A stretch of DNA of 64,000 nt from a virus (taxonomy: Duplodnaviria; Caudoviricetes), in IMG/VR virus record IMGVR_UViG_3300002220_000024, positions 543-64,542 of that record; one strand, given 5' to 3'. Under the pieces are notes generated by a model. The model saw only the letters and a list, made by a program, of their open reading frames with translations, was not told where the DNA came from and did not search any database. The translations under genes and the position numbers were made by a program. The first letter of the stretch is position 1. Each line of letters begins with the position of its first letter. This document shows, piece by piece, positions 1 through 11,272 of this stretch.

Positions 1-169
1 TTAGTTAGTTCACTACATTTATAACGAACAATTTCTTTGGGTTTTTCTCTACCAGTATAAAGTGGAACAGCAATAAAACACCATTCACCATCTTCTTCTA
101 CTTCATATCCATAATAGAAATAAATACCAAATAACGTACAACTACAATAATCACTTGACTCGCAATAAC

Positions 170-1211
170 TCATTTTTCATCCTTAAACAAATCATCACAA
201 TATTTATCCCAGTCATAACCTCTTTCCTTTATTACATGTCTTAAACCTTCATAAAGGCGAACAAGATCTTTATTGTCAATAATAATTTCAGTTAGAGTAT
301 TATCTTTAAAACTTGTTTGTTGATGGCCTGGCGAAAAACCAGTAACACCTTCTAGAAATACGATTCCGTTTTTAATTTTCATTTTCTTCCCTTAAAACAT
401 AACTCTCAGAACAAAGATCACATAGCAAACCGAATTTTGGATATTGCCACACTTCAATACTCTCAGGAATTCCCCAGTAAGTTTCCTCTAAAACATTAGC
501 TAACTTAACATCTTGTTCTTCTCTCATTTTTTCGTAATCATCTAATCTAGTAAATTCGGCAGATAAAACTTGTCTTAATGCTTCTGCTCTTGAAGCAGTA
601 ATTGTCATTTCTGGAGTGTTTTTTCTTGCTGGATGAAATGTCTCAATTAAATTCTTAAGATCATCCCAATGTTCATTTACTAGAGTCCACCATTCTTCTT
701 TTGTTTTTGGATATTCAATACTCATATCTTTTCCTTTTTAATCATGTAACAGTCATTAGGCACATTAACGAACATAGATCTTTCACCATTAAACAAATTA
801 TCTGTGTATATTAAAATAATTTTATTCTCTTGGTCAATATCTACGACTTTTAACTCAACATCTTTTTTAACTAGAACTAATTCTCTAGAACGAATTTTGG
901 TTGTACCATATCTAGTTTCTCTTTTAACAAGTATTACATAAACGTCGTATAAAAATTTAATTTTCATTTAACACTTCATAGAATTCATTAGGAATATTGA
1001 CTAACCATAAATGATATCCATCAGCAACACCATCAGTAAAAACATATATATCTGAAACTCTCTTTCCACAAGATTCTATTTTTATAATTTCAAATGGAGT
1101 TTCTTTTCTTAAAAGCGTGGCTTTATGAGTAGTATCACCACTAAAACCTTGAGACTCTTTTTTGACTACCCATTTATCTGATTTAAATTGTATTTTCATA
1201 CTGGACCCCAC
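170..1211 (-). other. Four small hypothetical CDS (170-382, 372-725, 722-967, 957-1211)
   Basis: Tightly abutting or overlapping co-oriented ORFs; no recognisable motif; the last two look paralogous. Confidence 0.7.
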
Positions 1212-1429
1212 TTTTCTCCTTTTCCATACAAAACATCTCTATATTCTTTACTAGATCCACTGTAAACTTGTTCCAATAAAGTTTTTCTTCTATTTTCTTC
1301 ATCTAAGGTTTTTTGAGATATTGATCCTTTACCATCACATAAATAACATGGAGTAAAACCCCATCCTTGTCCTATAAAAAATTCTCTTTTACCACGATTA
1401 CCATTGCAGGCTGTGCATTTATGTATCAT
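1196..1429 (-). CDS. Small DnaJ-type zinc-finger protein
   Basis: CTACNGNRG and CYLCDGKG fit the CxxCxGxG repeat. Confidence 0.6.
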   Translation of the reverse strand: MIHKCTACNGNRGKREFFIGQGWGFTPCYLCDGKGSISQKTLDEENRRKTLLEQVYSGSSKEYRDVLYGKGEKWGPV

Positions 1430-2847
1430 ACTGTAACACTCCCCATATCTAATTTAGGATGAGGATTGTAATTCAACAATTCAACTTCATCCCAAGTCCA
1501 ATCGAAGATACTAAAACTACCATCAGGCTTTCTTTTAATCTTTACTTGTGGTAATTCTTTTTCTTCTCTTTTTAGTAGTTCTTGAATAGCAGTTAATTGA
1601 TTTTCGTAAACATGGCAGTCCGCAAAAATACCAACCAATTCTCCTGGTTCTAATCCAGATTCTTCACAATATAATAAAAGTAATAAGGCATATGAAGCTA
1701 TATTTACAGGAATTCCTAAAGCCAAATCACAACTTCTTTGAAACCACGTTAAGTTTAATTTATTTTCATAAACAACAACATTATGTAAAACGTGACAAGG
1801 AGGCAAAGCCATCAATTCCATTTGATTAGGGTTCCAAGCAGAACAAACCATTCTTCTATCATAAGGATTTGTTTTAAGTTTATCCACAATAGATTGTAAT
1901 TGATCGGTATAGATTTCCTTTTCATAATCCTCTTGCCAAAATATCCATCCCTTATGATTAGATTGTCTACCTGACAAACAGTGAGATATTCCATATCTTT
2001 TTAAATTATGAGTTTCTGCGAATTCTTTTATTGAATCACAAGAAAAAATTAATCCATATGGATTTTTACCGAAAATCGTTTTAACTGATGTTTTATTATT
2101 AGCCTGTTCCTTTTTATTCGCCCATATACAAGAATTAGGACCATAACAATTAAAACCTAAAGAATCTTTATCTAATGTATATTCTAAAGGATTTAGAAGT
2201 TTATTATTCCAACCAACAATTTTTTGAACATCCTCTTTGAAATATTCGTACGTTAACCATCTATTAACAACGTATATTCCCCTTTCTCCATAATTAATAT
2301 AATCTTTATCTTTTTCATTATAACACCTATGAAGCATTGAATACCACGTTTTTTTAACTAAATTATCTACTTCATCTTCTGAATTATTTGATATAACTCC
2401 AACATTAGCAACAGTAGGATTTAAATTATCTAAATTTCTTGGGACTGGTTTATTTTTTAAATTAAATCCTCTCCACTGAGAGCCATATATACTCCCCAAA
2501 TCAGTATCTTTTAATTGATGTTTTTCTTTTTCTTCTTTAGTAAACCATAATGGACAACCTAAAGGATTACTCCACTCAGACCAAAACCCACACTTCCTAT
2601 CTTGATACCAACTTTTATCAGTAATACCCTTAATAAAACCTTCAAGTTCAACACTCATAGATTTAAAAGGCATTCTCCTAAGAGTTGTTAGAGGGAATCC
2701 ATCGCTCATATCATGACGAAATATTTCGCAAAATGTACCAATAGTTCCATTTTCTACAGGAATAGGATTATTGTTTGTATCAAAACGAACTGGTTGTTTT
2801 GGCTTTCCGTTTTTAATAATATTTTCTAAAATCTCTTTATAATTCAT
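1426..2847 (-). CDS. thyA: Thymidylate synthase with in-frame HNH/NUMOD insertion
   Basis: DLGSIYGSQWR, DRRMVCSAWNP, catalytic LPPCH, QRSCDLALGIPVNIASY, DCHVYENQ; 473 aa, about 180 aa longer than a typical ThyA. Confidence 0.95.
   Translation of the reverse strand: MNYKEILENIIKNGKPKQPVRFDTNNNPIPVENGTIGTFCEIFRHDMSDGFPLTTLRRMPFKSMSVELEGFIKGITDKSWYQDRKCGFWSEWSNPLGCPLWFTKEEKEKHQLKDTDLGSIYGSQWRGFNLKNKPVPRNLDNLNPTVANVGVISNNSEDEVDNLVKKTWYSMLHRCYNEKDKDYINYGERGIYVVNRWLTYEYFKEDVQKIVGWNNKLLNPLEYTLDKDSLGFNCYGPNSCIWANKKEQANNKTSVKTIFGKNPYGLIFSCDSIKEFAETHNLKRYGISHCLSGRQSNHKGWIFWQEDYEKEIYTDQLQSIVDKLKTNPYDRRMVCSAWNPNQMELMALPPCHVLHNVVVYENKLNLTWFQRSCDLALGIPVNIASYALLLLLYCEESGLEPGELVGIFADCHVYENQLTAIQELLKREEKELPQVKIKRKPDGSFSIFDWTWDEVELLNYNPHPKLDMGSVTV
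1918..2460 (-). mobile_element. HNH-type homing endonuclease plus NUMOD1-like domain inserted in frame in thyA
   Basis: WYSMLHRCYN..YINYGERGIYV..RW..F..D, LDKD..CYGPNSCIW..EQANNK, then SIKEFAETHNLKRYGISHCLSGRQSNHKGWIF. Confidence 0.8.
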
Positions 2848-2921
2848 ATTTTTCCTTTAATTTTTTCAACTGTTCAAGATCTCTTTGTTTTTGTTCTTCT
2901 TTAGATTTTTCTAATTCAATT

Positions 2922-3453
2922 CTACTTTTTTTCTTTTTCTCTTAATTCTTTCTCTTTAGAGATTTCTTTAGCTAAGTCTTCACCTTTATAACCTAATTGA
3001 CGAAGATATTCTCTTTGCTCTTCATGATCATACCAATCAAAGTTTTTAACAATATATATTTCGTAATCTCCACTTGGGGATTCTGATTTAAAATCTGCTA
3101 TTGCTTTAACTAAAGACTCTTCATCATCCAAGTTAAATATTTCAGATCTAAAATATGAAGGAGTATAATATCTACAATATCCACCATTTTCAAAATAAGT
3201 GTCATCTTCACAAAACATAGTTAAGAGATATTGATCTGGTATATTTTCTAAATTCATTTTTATCTTACCAATACATATGATATATTTCTTCTAATTCCAA
3301 ATCTTTATATTCTATTAATGCGGCATTACAAGCAGAATACTCGTCTTCAATAATTTCTCTAGCTAATTCTTCAGTTTCAGCTTTTACCTTAACTATTTTA
3401 ACAGAATATTCACTCTCTACACAAAATAAATAATCTTTCATTCTCTTACCCAC
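2922..3453 (-). other. Two hypothetical CDS (2922-3257, 3265-3453)
   Basis: ORF track; acidic proteins between thyA and DHFR. Confidence 0.65.
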
Positions 3454-3893
3454 CTTTGAATATTCAAGCCATCAAAAATCATAATAGAAACACGTTTAAA
3501 ATTAGTAGGAAAAGTAAAGTAAGTATCACAAGGTCCATCATCGTCGATAACAGACAAATAAATATTGTCGATTACATTAGCTTCTAAAGCAAGATTGTAA
3601 ATTTGAGCGCCGCCAATAACGAAACAATCTCGATCATTTAGTATTCGTGTAAGAAACTTGTCTTTATCAGTATAGCTCACCACACGCGAATCGTCAATCT
3701 TTGAAGAAGAAAGAACACAGTTTATCCTGTTTTTAAGAGGTTTTCCTAAACTTTCATAGGTTTTCCTGCCCATACAAACAGTTTTATCATAAGTCATTAT
3801 TTTAAAAAACTGCATGTCGTTATCATTTTTCCAGGGAATAGAATTATTTAATCCAATTCCACCTTGATTATTTGTTGCTACTATAATATTCAT
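3438..3893 (-). CDS. folA: Dihydrofolate reductase
   Basis: NIIVA..GGIG.NNSIPW, MGRKTYESLGKPLKNR.N.VLS, VIGGAQIY, CDTYF; ATG at 3893 preferred over GTG at 3902. Confidence 0.95.
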   Translation of the reverse strand: MNIIVATNNQGGIGLNNSIPWKNDNDMQFFKIMTYDKTVCMGRKTYESLGKPLKNRINCVLSSSKIDDSRVVSYTDKDKFLTRILNDRDCFVIGGAQIYNLALEANVIDNIYLSVIDDDGPCDTYFTFPTNFKRVSIMIFDGLNIQRWVRE

Positions 3894-3904
3894 CTTTCTC
3901 ACAA

Positions 3905-5163
3905 TTAAAGCATATATTCATTGTAATAATCTAAAGCATCTAATTCAAAAAGATAATCGAGATATTCTTCTGGCTCTTCTAAGAAATCATTTCTTCTACG
4001 CGTCAAACTATTTAAAATAAGTAATTCTTTTTTATTAGAATATCTATTATTAAACCATGCTCGATATTCGTTCTTATCTAAAAGATGGTAAATAGAAAGA
4101 AATGCTTTTCTAAAATCTAACCTAGCAAAGAAGTATTTAAACCAATATAACTGGTGGTGAGCTGATCCGTATTTATCTTTACAAATTTTACACATAATAT
4201 TTCTCTCTCAGTCTATTAAGTTCTTTTTCAATACCTTCAATAATTACATCTTGAGCAGTCCTAAGCCAAGACCTGCCTTTATATTCCAGTTTTCCTTCTA
4301 AGCATTGTTCAATAGCTATCATAGCAACACTTAAAGGAACAAAAGAACCATCCATATTTCCTTGTCCATCTAACACAGAGTGTTTTCTAAGATAATCTTC
4401 TACGTTTTCTTTTAATTCTGACATAACTTCATTACCTTCCTTTCCCAATTTTTATAACAATCTCTTTGTCTTGTCCCCTTTTCAATAACAGATAAAATAT
4501 TCTTTTTAAGATCAAGTTCTTTATCCCCAAGTTCTGAAACGAACTGATTAATAACTTTCTCTAGTTCTATTTCTTGTGGAGCAGTTAATTCTACTATTGC
4601 AGAGATTTTTCTCATTAACTTTTCTGTGTGCATTTATTCCTCAACTCAAACCTATATTCTTTTGTGTCAAAATCATAAAATTCTATAACCTCTATAACTT
4701 GTTTTGATTTAATATTATTAACATCTAATGTTTCTAGAAGTTTTTTAAGAGCAATCCATCTATCAAGATCATATTCTTTATCAATGCCGTAAACGGCAAT
4801 ATTCACAGCCTCAATATAATGATATATTTTTCCGTCTTTTATGCAAGGGAATAACCAGTCGTATGGCTCTTCTGATCCTTTAAAGTTTTTAGGTTCATCA
4901 TCATCATTAAAAAATTGAACCTCAAACTGATTAAACTGATCTAAAACAATTTCTTGTTTACAAACATCAATAGCTAGTCCGTTTTCTAAATCAAAGTCAT
5001 CATTAAAAAAACCAAGATGGTGTCTACATCTTTTACCTTTTGGGCTAACCCAAACAGCATTATCACGAACCCATCCATGATCTAATAGAAATTGTTCATC
5101 CTCTTTGTATACTTGTTCACATTCGTCTAAGAATTTTTCAAGTTGATCGCCAGTTAAATTCAT
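3905..5163 (-). other. Four hypothetical CDS (3905-4195, 4188-4448, 4412-4633, 4615-5163)
   Basis: Contiguous ORFs with short overlaps. Confidence 0.65.
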
Positions 5164-5576
5164 AATACTTTCCTACCATGTGTTAATATAATCTTGTTAC
5201 CATCTTTATCAATTTCACTCCATTGATCTGACCACGCTCCTCTCATAGTCCATGCCCAAGTAGTCTCTATTCCTTTAACCCTATGAATTTTATCTCTCTT
5301 AGTAATCTTAGGTCTAAAAGAGGGAATAAAGGTCTTTGTTTCACCTTGCCATGTTTCTTCTTCTACTTTTCCTTTTAACCAAAAAGTTATAGCATTGAAG
5401 GCATGAGAATGGAAGTTGCGTCTAGTTCCTTTACTAAACCTTAAAAAGCCAAAAGAACAAACGGGTTTCCATTCAAAAAACAATATTGAATAAACACCAG
5501 AATCTTTTCCACCATCTGATTTCTTAAGAAAGAATCTAGGAATCCACTTATTCATTATAATTTCTCCAAATAACAA
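5160..5576 (-). CDS. Cupin-fold protein
   Basis: FHSHAFNAITFWLKG.VEE and a later IHRV resemble the two cupin metal motifs. Confidence 0.55.
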   Translation of the reverse strand: MLFGEIIMNKWIPRFFLKKSDGGKDSGVYSILFFEWKPVCSFGFLRFSKGTRRNFHSHAFNAITFWLKGKVEEETWQGETKTFIPSFRPKITKRDKIHRVKGIETTWAWTMRGAWSDQWSEIDKDGNKIILTHGRKVL

Positions 5577-6016
5577 CCAGAAACAACTTTACCATTAAAT
5601 TTAACATACCAAGCATTTTTAATTTTGATAGGTTTTTTTGTTAAATTTTTACACACAAAACTATCATCTTCATAAGGGTTGTATGTAATTATTGCCGGTA
5701 AATTTTTATGTTGCCAATATTCAATTCCCATACCAGACTCAACTATCATACCATAAATAAAAGCATGTACATTTTTCTTCTTATCTTTTAAGACTCTCTG
5801 ACGACCATTTTCATTTACTTTAAACTTACAATCAGCAAGCATAAACTGATCTTTATATCCTACCACTTTCCATCTAGAATTAATTTTCTTTTGGATAGAG
5901 AACGTTTTTCTGTGTAGGTTATAATAAACGCGAACTAAATCACCCTTGTTTAGCTGATATAATTCTTGGGTATTTTTTATCAAAGTAATCATCAACATCT
6001 TCCTCAATTCTTTCAA
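5555..6016 (-). CDS. Conserved phage hypothetical protein
   Basis: VYYNLH.K.FS and V.ENGRQRVL..KKKNVHAF are recalled from other phage proteins; start uncertain. Confidence 0.55.
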   Translation of the reverse strand: MKELRKMLMITLIKNTQELYQLNKGDLVRVYYNLHRKTFSIQKKINSRWKVVGYKDQFMLADCKFKVNENGRQRVLKDKKKNVHAFIYGMIVESGMGIEYWQHKNLPAIITYNPYEDDSFVCKNLTKKPIKIKNAWYVKFNGKVVSGCYLEKL

Positions 6017-7932
6017 TCATCTCTTTGTTTTCTTGAATGTATGTTTTAATTTCTTCTATTTCTCTTTCTGAATAACAAAGATTACCAAAAAAAGAACCTA
6101 TCCTATAAAAACCTTTATCAAATTTCTTGTTGAACCCTTCCATTAATTCAACTAAAAGTCCAAGATCATCAATTCTACACTCAATATTTGCTAACTTAAC
6201 ATTAGTAAAAAATGAATCAATTAATCTAGCTCCACCACAATCATAATATGGAACACCTTCTATCTCTTTTACTTCAAGCTCAAATCCATATTTACCTTTG
6301 ATATAGTTGTAAACAAGATCACAAACTTCTTGACTATAACAATAATGAGTGTTGATTCTTCCGAACTCTTTTGAGTTAATTATAAACATCTAAAACCTCT
6401 TCTTTTCTAATCCACAAATTTGACAAACATAACAAGAATCATTATTTCCAGAAGCATCAGGATAGTATTTTACTTCTGAATGATCGCATAATTGTTGAGT
6501 AAGAGACATAATCCTGTTTAGTTTCTTAATAGATTCTCTAAAATTATTTTCTCTTCTTTCTTTTTCTAATTCGATTTCATATCGAAGTTCTTTAATTTGA
6601 TCTTTCATTTTTGCCTTATAATCCAATCTTTATTTTGAAGAAAGAATGCATAAGGATAATAAGGTTGATCTACATAAACAGCAGGAACGCCTGATTGTAA
6701 TAAAACTGGAATAACCTTTTCGTTTTTGAGATAATACTTAATACCATTATTATCAATTAATGGATATATTCTGTAATACTGATTAAATGTTAATCCAGTT
6801 TCTTTATGAATCATTTTCCATTTTAACCATTTACTTTCCACGTTTTTTATCCTTTTCTTGATGGTCTTTCCACCAATCTAATAATTCTTGAGAAGGCTCT
6901 TTTTCTCCTCGGAAAACTTTTCCAGCTTCACAAAGTAGTCTAGTTAATTTATCAGCAATATTTTTTATATCATGATAATCATCATAATGATCTGTTAAAT
7001 CACATAAACCAATCAAAAAAGAAAAAAATAATAATTCTAAAAGCATAATTCTTCCTTTACAAGTCTACAATTAATACCCTCTATTGGACATTCTGTAACC
7101 ATAATTTTATAACCTGTAGAGCTTGATGGTAAATAATAAATACATTCTGGCCACGCCTCAATCCATAATTTAGTAATTTCTATTTTTTCTTTTAAAGCAA
7201 AACCATCGTCTATTAATAATTGCTCTTTCCATTGAGTATGAATATTATTAGGAAATTCTTCCAAACCCTTTTTAAGGGCGAAAAAACCAGGTTCTACTTC
7301 AACAAACTCTTCTCCATCTGGTCTAATGTATGTTTTAATTAATCCCAACTCCAAATATCCTCATTATAAATTTTACCTTTAGGAAACTTATCAAACTCTT
7401 CATGTATAATTGCCTGATTTGTTTTTTGTCTATTTCTACGTTTATCAAAATGTTTCAAATTTTCTTTGATACTACATCTATTACCATAAGATGTATAACT
7501 TCTAGCCATCTTAATTAATTGTCTTGGAGTTAATATCTCGTTCTCTGTAATCAAATTCCAAGAATAGCTTCCATCTTGAAGTTTTTCAATTTTATATCCT
7601 TCTTCACGTAGGATCTTAAGTGCTGATTGTACATTCATAAAAAATTGTCTAAATATGTATTATTTGATCCAGGTTATTTAGAGTTTTCAAATACAACTTA
7701 TGGTTGTAAATTCTAGATTCTTTAAATAATTACATGCAGAATTTCTACTATCAATAAAAAACTCTTTAGTCCGCAAGTTATCAAAACGAACTGTTGGAAT
7801 ATAATTCATGTCTTTCTTCAACTCTTCTGTAATTAAAAGACTGTCTCCAGTTTCAATTTCATGCCAAAAAGAAAATTTTGATTGACCAGAATAAGGTCTG
7901 GTAATTTTAATTTGCGCTGTAAGACTTAACAT
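5940..7932 (-). other. Seven small hypothetical CDS (5940-6389, 6390-6626, 6605-6841, 6831-7046, 7037-7354, 7339-7638, 7687-7932)
   Basis: Dense co-oriented ORFs, no recognisable motif. Confidence 0.65.
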
Positions 7933-7934
7933 TA

Positions 7935-8696
7935 TTAAACCTCATAAAATTTGTTTACTTTTTCAACTAAAACATCATAATCTGTACCAGGATACAAACC
8001 AGCACAAGCAAAACTATTAATTTCTACAATCTTTCCAGAATCAATACATAAATCAACAGTGTAAATTAGGTTTGGTGGATTATTAATTACTAAACTATCA
8101 ACAATATATTTTATCCAAGGGTCGTTTTGTGTATTATATGACCCATAAGTAATAGATTCTTTCTCAATCATAACAACACGAACTTCATTCTTAATCTCCT
8201 TAAAAGAAGAGAAAACAATAAGATCATTATGTTTAATAATTCTTCTTGCGTCACCAAAAATAATATCTATTTCTTTTTCAAACCACCTTTTCTTTAGTGT
8301 GGTCCCGGCGAATAATTTACAACCGTCATTTGGTTTTATAAATAGTTCTTCTCCAGAGAAGATATCACAGATTAATTCTTTACTCTTTTTTACTGATCCT
8401 GCTGGAATAATAATATAATCTGAATTTAAAACATTTTCTTGTGGAGCGTAGTTTGACCAATTATACTGTAATAGATTTTCATAAACATTAGTACAAAAAT
8501 CTTGATTATCTAATTCTTTTTTCTTTTCTAAAGAACCGCGAAAAATATAATTTCCTGATATATAAAACTCTTTACTAAAAACATACGTATCTTTATTTAC
8601 ATAAAGACAATTAGATCCAGATTTTAAAATAGAAGAAATAAGTTTATCATCTTCTTCTTTATCAAAGACTCCAGTTTGTATAACCCAATCAATCAT
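7935..8696 (-). CDS. ATP-grasp domain protein (DUF4343/R2K-like)
   Basis: LFIKP...KLFAG, EVRVV, YTVDL..KIVEINSF..AGLY. Confidence 0.75.
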   Translation of the reverse strand: MIDWVIQTGVFDKEEDDKLISSILKSGSNCLYVNKDTYVFSKEFYISGNYIFRGSLEKKKELDNQDFCTNVYENLLQYNWSNYAPQENVLNSDYIIIPAGSVKKSKELICDIFSGEELFIKPNDGCKLFAGTTLKKRWFEKEIDIIFGDARRIIKHNDLIVFSSFKEIKNEVRVVMIEKESITYGSYNTQNDPWIKYIVDSLVINNPPNLIYTVDLCIDSGKIVEINSFACAGLYPGTDYDVLVEKVNKFYEV

Positions 8697-9028
8697 TATT
8701 TTTTTCTTTCTAAGAAATCAATACCAGCTTGATCTAAACCGTATAAAACTTCATCTCCAGAAAAGTCAACTTTAAGTAAACCTTTTTTAGTCATGCTCTC
8801 TAATAATTTTCCAACAAAGAGACTATTAATTTTTTCACAAATTTCTTCTTCTGTAAGATCTGCCTCTTCTCCCATTTTTTCTTTTTCTTTTGTTAATTCT
8901 ACAACAGCGTAGTGTGTTACTACTCTACCCGCAGGACCAGCAAAATATTCACCTTCTTCATTATCAAGTGTCACTAGAGTTAAGCAAATATCAAGTAACT
9001 CTTGTTCATTAATCGATTCTTTTATCAT
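8696..9028 (-). CDS. Hypothetical protein
   Basis: 110-aa ORF abutting neighbours; possible winged-helix C-terminus. Confidence 0.55.
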   Translation of the reverse strand: MIKESINEQELLDICLTLVTLDNEEGEYFAGPAGRVVTHYAVVELTKEKEKMGEEADLTEEEICEKINSLFVGKLLESMTKKGLLKVDFSGDEVLYGLDQAGIDFLERKK

Positions 9029-9275
9029 TATATCCTAATCTCCACAAAACTTTAGCAATGTCTTCGGCGGCTGTTTCAACGTATTCTTCGTCTAAATGCC
9101 AAAAAGCGGCATGTAACATCTCATGTATCAAAATTTCTAATCGTTCTTCATCTTTCAAATCTTCCCTAATTCTAATTTGTTTATTAGCAGAACAGGGGTG
9201 ATCGCATTCACCCCTGTTTTCTAAATTAGTACAAAAAACTAATTCCCAGATCTTATTAAGGATCTTTATTTTCAT
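9009..9275 (-). CDS. Minimal zincin-like metallopeptidase
   Basis: LIHEMLHA (HExxH) followed by EEYVE. Confidence 0.7.
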   Translation of the reverse strand: MKIKILNKIWELVFCTNLENRGECDHPCSANKQIRIREDLKDEERLEILIHEMLHAAFWHLDEEYVETAAEDIAKVLWRLGYNDKRID

Positions 9276-9659
9276 TTAGAAAGGTAAAACTGCATCAGTA
9301 TCATATTCGACAGAAGAAGTTGTCTGGACAATAGATTCAGTCTTTTGAGGAGCTTCCATAAAACTTACTTCTTCAACTACGACTCCAACACGACTACGTT
9401 TTTGTCCGTCAGTTTCCCAACTTTCATAACGTAAACGACCTTCAAGGATTAACTTTTTTCCTTTAGTTAAATATTGAGCAAGATTTGCAGCACGATCACC
9501 GAACATAGTGCAATCAAGAAAAGTGGTATCTTCCTTATCCTTAAACTTACGATTACTTGCGAAACCAAACTCTACAACAGTTGTTCCACTAGATAAATTC
9601 TTTACTTCGGCATCTCTAGTTAAACGACCACTAATAATAACTCTATTTACATCTGACAT
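9276..9659 (-). CDS. ssb: Single-stranded DNA-binding protein (bacterial type)
   Basis: VNRVIISGRLTRDAE, YLTKG..LILEGRL, W.TDGQKRS, acidic tail ending VLPF. Confidence 0.95.
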   Translation of the reverse strand: MSDVNRVIISGRLTRDAEVKNLSSGTTVVEFGFASNRKFKDKEDTTFLDCTMFGDRAANLAQYLTKGKKLILEGRLRYESWETDGQKRSRVGVVVEEVSFMEAPQKTESIVQTTSSVEYDTDAVLPF

Positions 9660-9708
9660 AAAACTCTCCAAAAAATAAAAAGTATCTGACTAACGCCTTG
9701 TTCCCTAT

Positions 9709-9737
9709 ATTATACCCTCACACCATTCAGTAGTCAA
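9709..9737 (-). promoter_or_regulatory. Promoter module P1
   Basis: TTGACT-ACTGAATGGTGTGAGGG(17)-TATAAT upstream of ssb. Confidence 0.85.
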
Positions 9738-9766
9738 GCATAATTTATAAAAAGGGCCAGAATTTT

Positions 9767-10321
9767 TCAAGGCAGTTGTTTCAAAACATAATCTACTAAA
9801 TCTTCTCTATCGGGCAATAAGTAATTAGGAAAATTATAAGGTTGTGGGAACAATATTCCATAGCCACCATTATCATCCCATTCTTTAATATTGCTTAATC
9901 TATCATCAATTAGAATTTTATTTTTTCCAGCAACCTCTTGTTTTAATTGAGAGGGAGCAAAAATATAGTTTCTAAAACCCCAACCAAAATGGTTATGAAT
10001 CCATTCTAATTTTCCTTTTACACAGTTCGGACATTTACTTGGCGAAGTCAAAAGACAAAAGTTTTTATCTACTTTCTTTACCTTTTCTATAATTTCATTA
10101 AACCATGGATAAGGTTCTAAGTTAGCCCAAAAAGAATAACCGGCTTCATCTATTTTTTTCCACATTTGACTTTGTGGGATACCTAACATTTTAGATATAT
10201 CATAAACGTCTGGCTCTTTATAATCAACACAGAAAAGGTCACAAACACCTTTTGTCCAATTACATAAAACGCCATCTAGATCAAGGAATAATTTCATTAT
10301 TTTTCTATTAAAGTTTACCAA
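9767..10321 (-). CDS. HAD-family 5'(3')-deoxyribonucleotidase-like protein
   Basis: LFLDLDGVL, LLTSP, K..W, ILIDDR..NI.EW. Confidence 0.85.
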   Translation of the reverse strand: MVNFNRKIMKLFLDLDGVLCNWTKGVCDLFCVDYKEPDVYDISKMLGIPQSQMWKKIDEAGYSFWANLEPYPWFNEIIEKVKKVDKNFCLLTSPSKCPNCVKGKLEWIHNHFGWGFRNYIFAPSQLKQEVAGKNKILIDDRLSNIKEWDDNGGYGILFPQPYNFPNYLLPDREDLVDYVLKQLP

Positions 10322-11184
10322 ATAAAATATTTAAAAATTCAAAAGACATAATCAAATATTTCTTTGGGTTTAAGTAAGGTGAAACTTTCGGAAAATATAC
10401 ATAGAAAAATTCGCAAACATAAAATAGTATAAATATAGCAGTATATAGTGGCCAAGCAAATGTCTGAATAAATAATGATGATGTGTCAATTTTTTTACTC
10501 TCATTATATTCTATTAAACATGATAAGTACCAACCAATAAACCAAATCAAACCAATTAATAGGAAAATATTCATTTCTTCCTCAATAAATTATCAAACAT
10601 TATATTCTTCCCAATCAGAATGCTCATCAAAATCCATATAACTAACTTCTACATAACCAATCCACACAGAATAGATCGTAGATGTTTTCATTTTTAACTT
10701 AGAACATTTTCCTTCACAATGCTTTTTAACAAGATCAAAGAATCTAGATCGTTGAAAAGTAATTAAACCAATAGAACAGTCGTATGGTCTAAATCCTAAA
10801 TCACATAAATAGGATAAAACATCTATAGTTTCTTTCATTTTCATGAAAGTGTTTACATGTTGTTTTTGAATATTGTTTCTAACAAGGGGTGATGAACTAA
10901 TTTTCATTTTACAATCCTTCCTGACCATCAAAAGCTTCTTTAACTCTTTCTTTCCATTCACTTTTAGGAAAATTTCTTGCATATAAAAATGCTATAAGTT
11001 CTCCTGTTGAAAATCCCCCTCTACAATTACCAGTAATAATAGCTTCTTGAGGATAATAAATATGAGAATAGACCTCATAAGCTAATAATGTAACTTTTGA
11101 GTCTATTATAGCTTTTCTATTTGATGTATTCTTTTGTACTGGGTGTAATATTTTTTCCATTTTTTCCTTTTCAATAACTAGCAT
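10308..11184 (-). other. Three hypothetical CDS (10308-10574 membrane-like, 10593-10982, 10909-11184)
   Basis: ORF track; true starts of the latter two are probably internal (about 10907 and 11160). Confidence 0.55.
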
Positions 11185-11246
11185 TGAGACTCGAACTCAA
11201 AACCTCCTGATACAATTCAGGACTCTACCAATTAAGCTATGCTAGT
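11176..11246 (-). tRNA. tRNA-Thr(TGT)-like gene with a 6-nt anticodon loop (atypical or degenerate)
   Basis: Acceptor ACTAGCA/TGCTAGT, D arm GCTT-AATTGGTA-GAGT, stem CCTGA/TCAGG around ATTGTA, T loop TTCGAGT; no CCA. Confidence 0.65.
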
Positions 11247-11272
11247 GTTTTTATTCTTTATCAAATTTTAAA

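Noticed and set aside
1918-2460. Intein in thyA
   Set aside because: No Cys/Ser at the N-junction and no His-Asn followed by Cys/Ser/Thr at the C-junction; the only HN (ETHNL) is internal and followed by Leu
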